64,000 nucleotides of DNA, from NCBI GenBank assembly GCA_907165135.1, contig OU015568.1, positions 3,224,001 through 3,288,000 of the forward strand, written 5' to 3'. Shown piece after piece: positions 61,401 through 64,000 of the stretch. A program made the translations under genes and the position numbers. The notes beneath the pieces are model-generated. The model was not told the DNA's origin, made no database searches, and was given only the letters and a program-made list of their open reading frames with translations. Each line of letters starts with the position of its first letter. Position 1 is the first letter of the stretch. Source of the DNA: Oikopleura dioica. Taxonomy: Eukaryota > Animalia > Chordata.

Positions 61401-64000
61401 GAGAAGCGTCCCGTGCTGGAAAAGCAGTTTTGTACATTCCAGATATTGACAGTTTGTGGCGCGCGTTGTCCGAGGTCTGCCGGGGCATACTCATTTCGAT
61501 GATCAAATCTATGCCTTACAGCCAACCAACTTATTTAATTTTTACATCGTCGGCAAACCCAAGCAGCATGAAAGATGATACTCCTAGTGAAATCACAGGT
61601 ATTCGAGAGAGTTTTTAGCGATTTCAAAAACAAGCTACTCCCTAACCCATTTTAGACCTCTTAAAAAGTCCAGACAATACCTACACCGCCGCGCTTCCAT
61701 CCTCCACTGAACTTACCAACTTCTTCGCCAAAATCAAAGACAGCTGCCTCATTGCTCCAAAGTCATTCGCCGCCGAAGCCCAAAACATACTAAAACCATC
61801 ATTTTACGTTGAAGTAAAAAAAGACGAAAAAGTCCTGACTCAGGAAGAAGTCGACAAAGTCGAGCAAAAAGAAGAAAGTACGATGCGAACTTTGCGCATT
61901 TTCTTGCGAAATTGCGTGACCATGCTTGCTAAGGACAGTCCTAGGGTCGGACTCCTTTCCTTTATTTTTTCCTTACTAAGGGTCCTTTTTCCTTAATTCC
62001 TTTATTTTTTCCTTACCCTTTTTCGGATTTTGAAGAAATAAAACCCTTTCCTTAATTCCTTTCTCAGTTTTCAGTGACCCTTAGTAAGGACCCTTAATCC
62101 TTAGTGATTTTTCCTTTTTTCCTTCCCTTACTAAGGGTTCGAGAAAGGATTTTTTCTGTCAACCTACGCACTTGAAAACCGATTCTTACGAAAAACCTTT
62201 TTAAAACCCTTAGTAAGGAAAGGGATTAAGGAAAAATTGCTAAGGAATCACAAAAAAATGACTTTTCCTTTTTTAAATCCTTACTAAGGAAAAAACCCTT
62301 TCCTTTATCCTTTGTCAGGTTTCAGAAAAGTCCTTAATCCTTTCCTTAGTCCTTTTTTGATTTTCCGCAATTTCGAAACCCTTACCCTTAGCGACTAAGG
62401 AATCCTTAGTAAAGGGTCCGACCCTAGGGACAGTCGTTTCAAAGAATTTGTCGGTAAGTTTTTCAAATCAAGTAAAGCCATGAAAACTGCCATAACGTTA
62501 CATAATTTCTGTAACACTCAATCTTCCAGACCCTGTCGACCCGGACGAGTTACCCGACTACCATGAAGTCATCAAGAACCCAATGGACCTGACAACGATG
62601 ATGTGCAAAATCGACGCGCACGAATACCAAACGGTCAAGGAGTTCCTATCGGATGTAAAGCTCATGTGCGCGAACGCACTTGAATACAATCCGATTACCT
62701 ATCAAGAGGAACGGATGATTCGCCACCGAGCGTGCCTGGCAGTCGGTATGTTTTTTTACTTGTTGAAATGATTTTTACATGGATCTTTAGATGTTGCACA
62801 TGAATATGTTGAGACCGAGCTTGATCCTGAGTTTGAGACTGTTTGCGAGCAGATCAAAGTCGCCAGAGCGCTCAGAGGAAGTGAAAAGTAAGTGAAAACA
62901 TCGACAAGCCACATGCAATTTCGCAAGAAGTTCTTGCTTCTTGTTCTTTTTCTTTATTCCGATCCCAATTTATAGGAAGAAATTCGCTCCAGACTACGTA
63001 GAAATCCCGAAAACGACGCCGGAAGAGCTTGCCGAGCAGCAGAATGAAATAAAAAACCGCGAAATCAAAAACGAGTTCGAAGATGGAGAAGAGATCTGGT
63101 GCCTTCATTCTGATGACAACAAGTTCTACATTGGCCGGCTGAATAGGACCAATCATGAAATGCATCCAGACGCGCCATTTTATGTTCATTATGTTGTCGA
63201 CATAACAAAGGTTTGCCTCCGTTACCTGTTAATGCCTGCTAAGTGATTTAACTATTAAGCGATATACTGTCTGGGCCCCCGCCTCTAGAATTCGCTACCG
63301 TCTCACCACAGACAACATCACAGACGTAAGCAAACTTCTGACAATTTTCGTCAGCATCAAGCTCATTTTAGAACGTAAAACTGACGATTTCAAAGCGAAA
63401 ACGAAAGCGAAAGTCGAACTGGGCGTCTGGAATCATTAAGCGCCGCTCCACCCGTAGATCTATGGTCGAGAACGATGAAATGATCGATGCGGATGAAACG
63501 ACGAGGGAGTTCGATGAGGAGACAAGGCAGAGCATGTTCGATAATTGCGAGAACTCGAATGACTCCAACAAAGGTAATTTCAATTTTGGGGATTCTTTCG
63601 AGGAGACTCTCAATTTTTCTTTAGAGAACGTTCCAGTTGCGCCAGTCGCAACCACTGCTCTCGAAGAAAAGCAACCGACTGTATCGTTTATGTCCACCCG
63701 TCGATCTTTCGAGCAATCCAAAATGGATGTCGACACACCGTCCACCACCAAAACAGCCACCAACCTTGACGCTTCCCAAAAACAAGCAACTCCCGAAAAA
63801 GCTGCTGAATCTTCCCCTGCTCCGTCAAAAAAAGTCAATCTGGAAGATATCTGGTCTGCTGAAGAACTCGCCTTGATCCGCTCCGAGGCTGAGAAGCAGC
63901 CAAAACCGGTTGAAATCGACGAGCACGCCCTAGAAAAGATCTTCCAAATGGCGGTCGATGTATCTTCAGGAAAAGTAGTCAAGGACGTGATGCGTGTGGG
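58498..64000 (+). CDS. ATAD2: ATPase family AAA domain-containing protein 2 (AAA+ with bromodomain); runs past the right edge
   Basis: SSSSDEEHF..LPMNL, GVLFYGPPGTGKT, FFMRKGSDVLSKWVGESERQLRLLF, FFDEIDGLAPVR, LRRPGRFDRE, and bromodomain LRIFLR..PVDPDELPDYHEVIKNPMDL..NALEYN. Confidence 0.95.
61941..62427. mobile_element. MITE (487 bp) inserted in the ATAD2 bromodomain exon
   Basis: 12-bp TIR CTAGGGTCGGAC/GTCCGACCCTAG, 8-bp TSD GGACAGTC (61933-61940 and 62428-62435), and internal CCTTACTAAGG/CCTTAGTAAGG repeats. Confidence 0.92.

Noticed and set aside
1-64000. tRNA or rRNA genes
   Set aside because: No cloverleaf or rRNA-like sequence recognised by eye; not excluded without tRNAscan/Infernal.

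Overview
Gene-dense eukaryotic genomic DNA, most consistent with the appendicularian tunicate Oikopleura dioica. This is an inference from 35-120 nt introns, several GA-AG introns and same-strand genes 13-160 nt apart. About 30 spliced genes are supported. Recognisable ones are CENPJ/SAS-4-like, VPS37, TAMM41, EXOSC1, NUDCD1, a CHST sulfotransferase, a ~29-repeat secreted TSP1 protein, TMEM254, chitin synthase, PFDN5, rolling stone-like, a UST/HS2ST sulfotransferase, a phosphagen kinase, an inactive-looking PLA2, ABCB7, SLC34, SSR2, RRP8 and ATAD2. The strongest unexplained signals are: (1) a 487-bp TIR element with an 8-bp TSD inside the ATAD2 bromodomain exon that a GG-AG splice would remove exactly, a possible intron gain in progress; (2) a 1.3-kb hAT-like element, itself holding a palindromic MITE, that appears to split a coding exon; (3) a 1-nt frameshift just before the chitin synthase QRRRW motif; (4) a 4-exon antisense gene filling a sulfotransferase intron; (5) a Tudor-knot-like domain after the ATAD2 bromodomain; (6) an atypical phosphagen kinase with an MGC N-terminus. 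All gene models were assembled by eye, and the outer coordinates of the lineage-specific genes are approximate.
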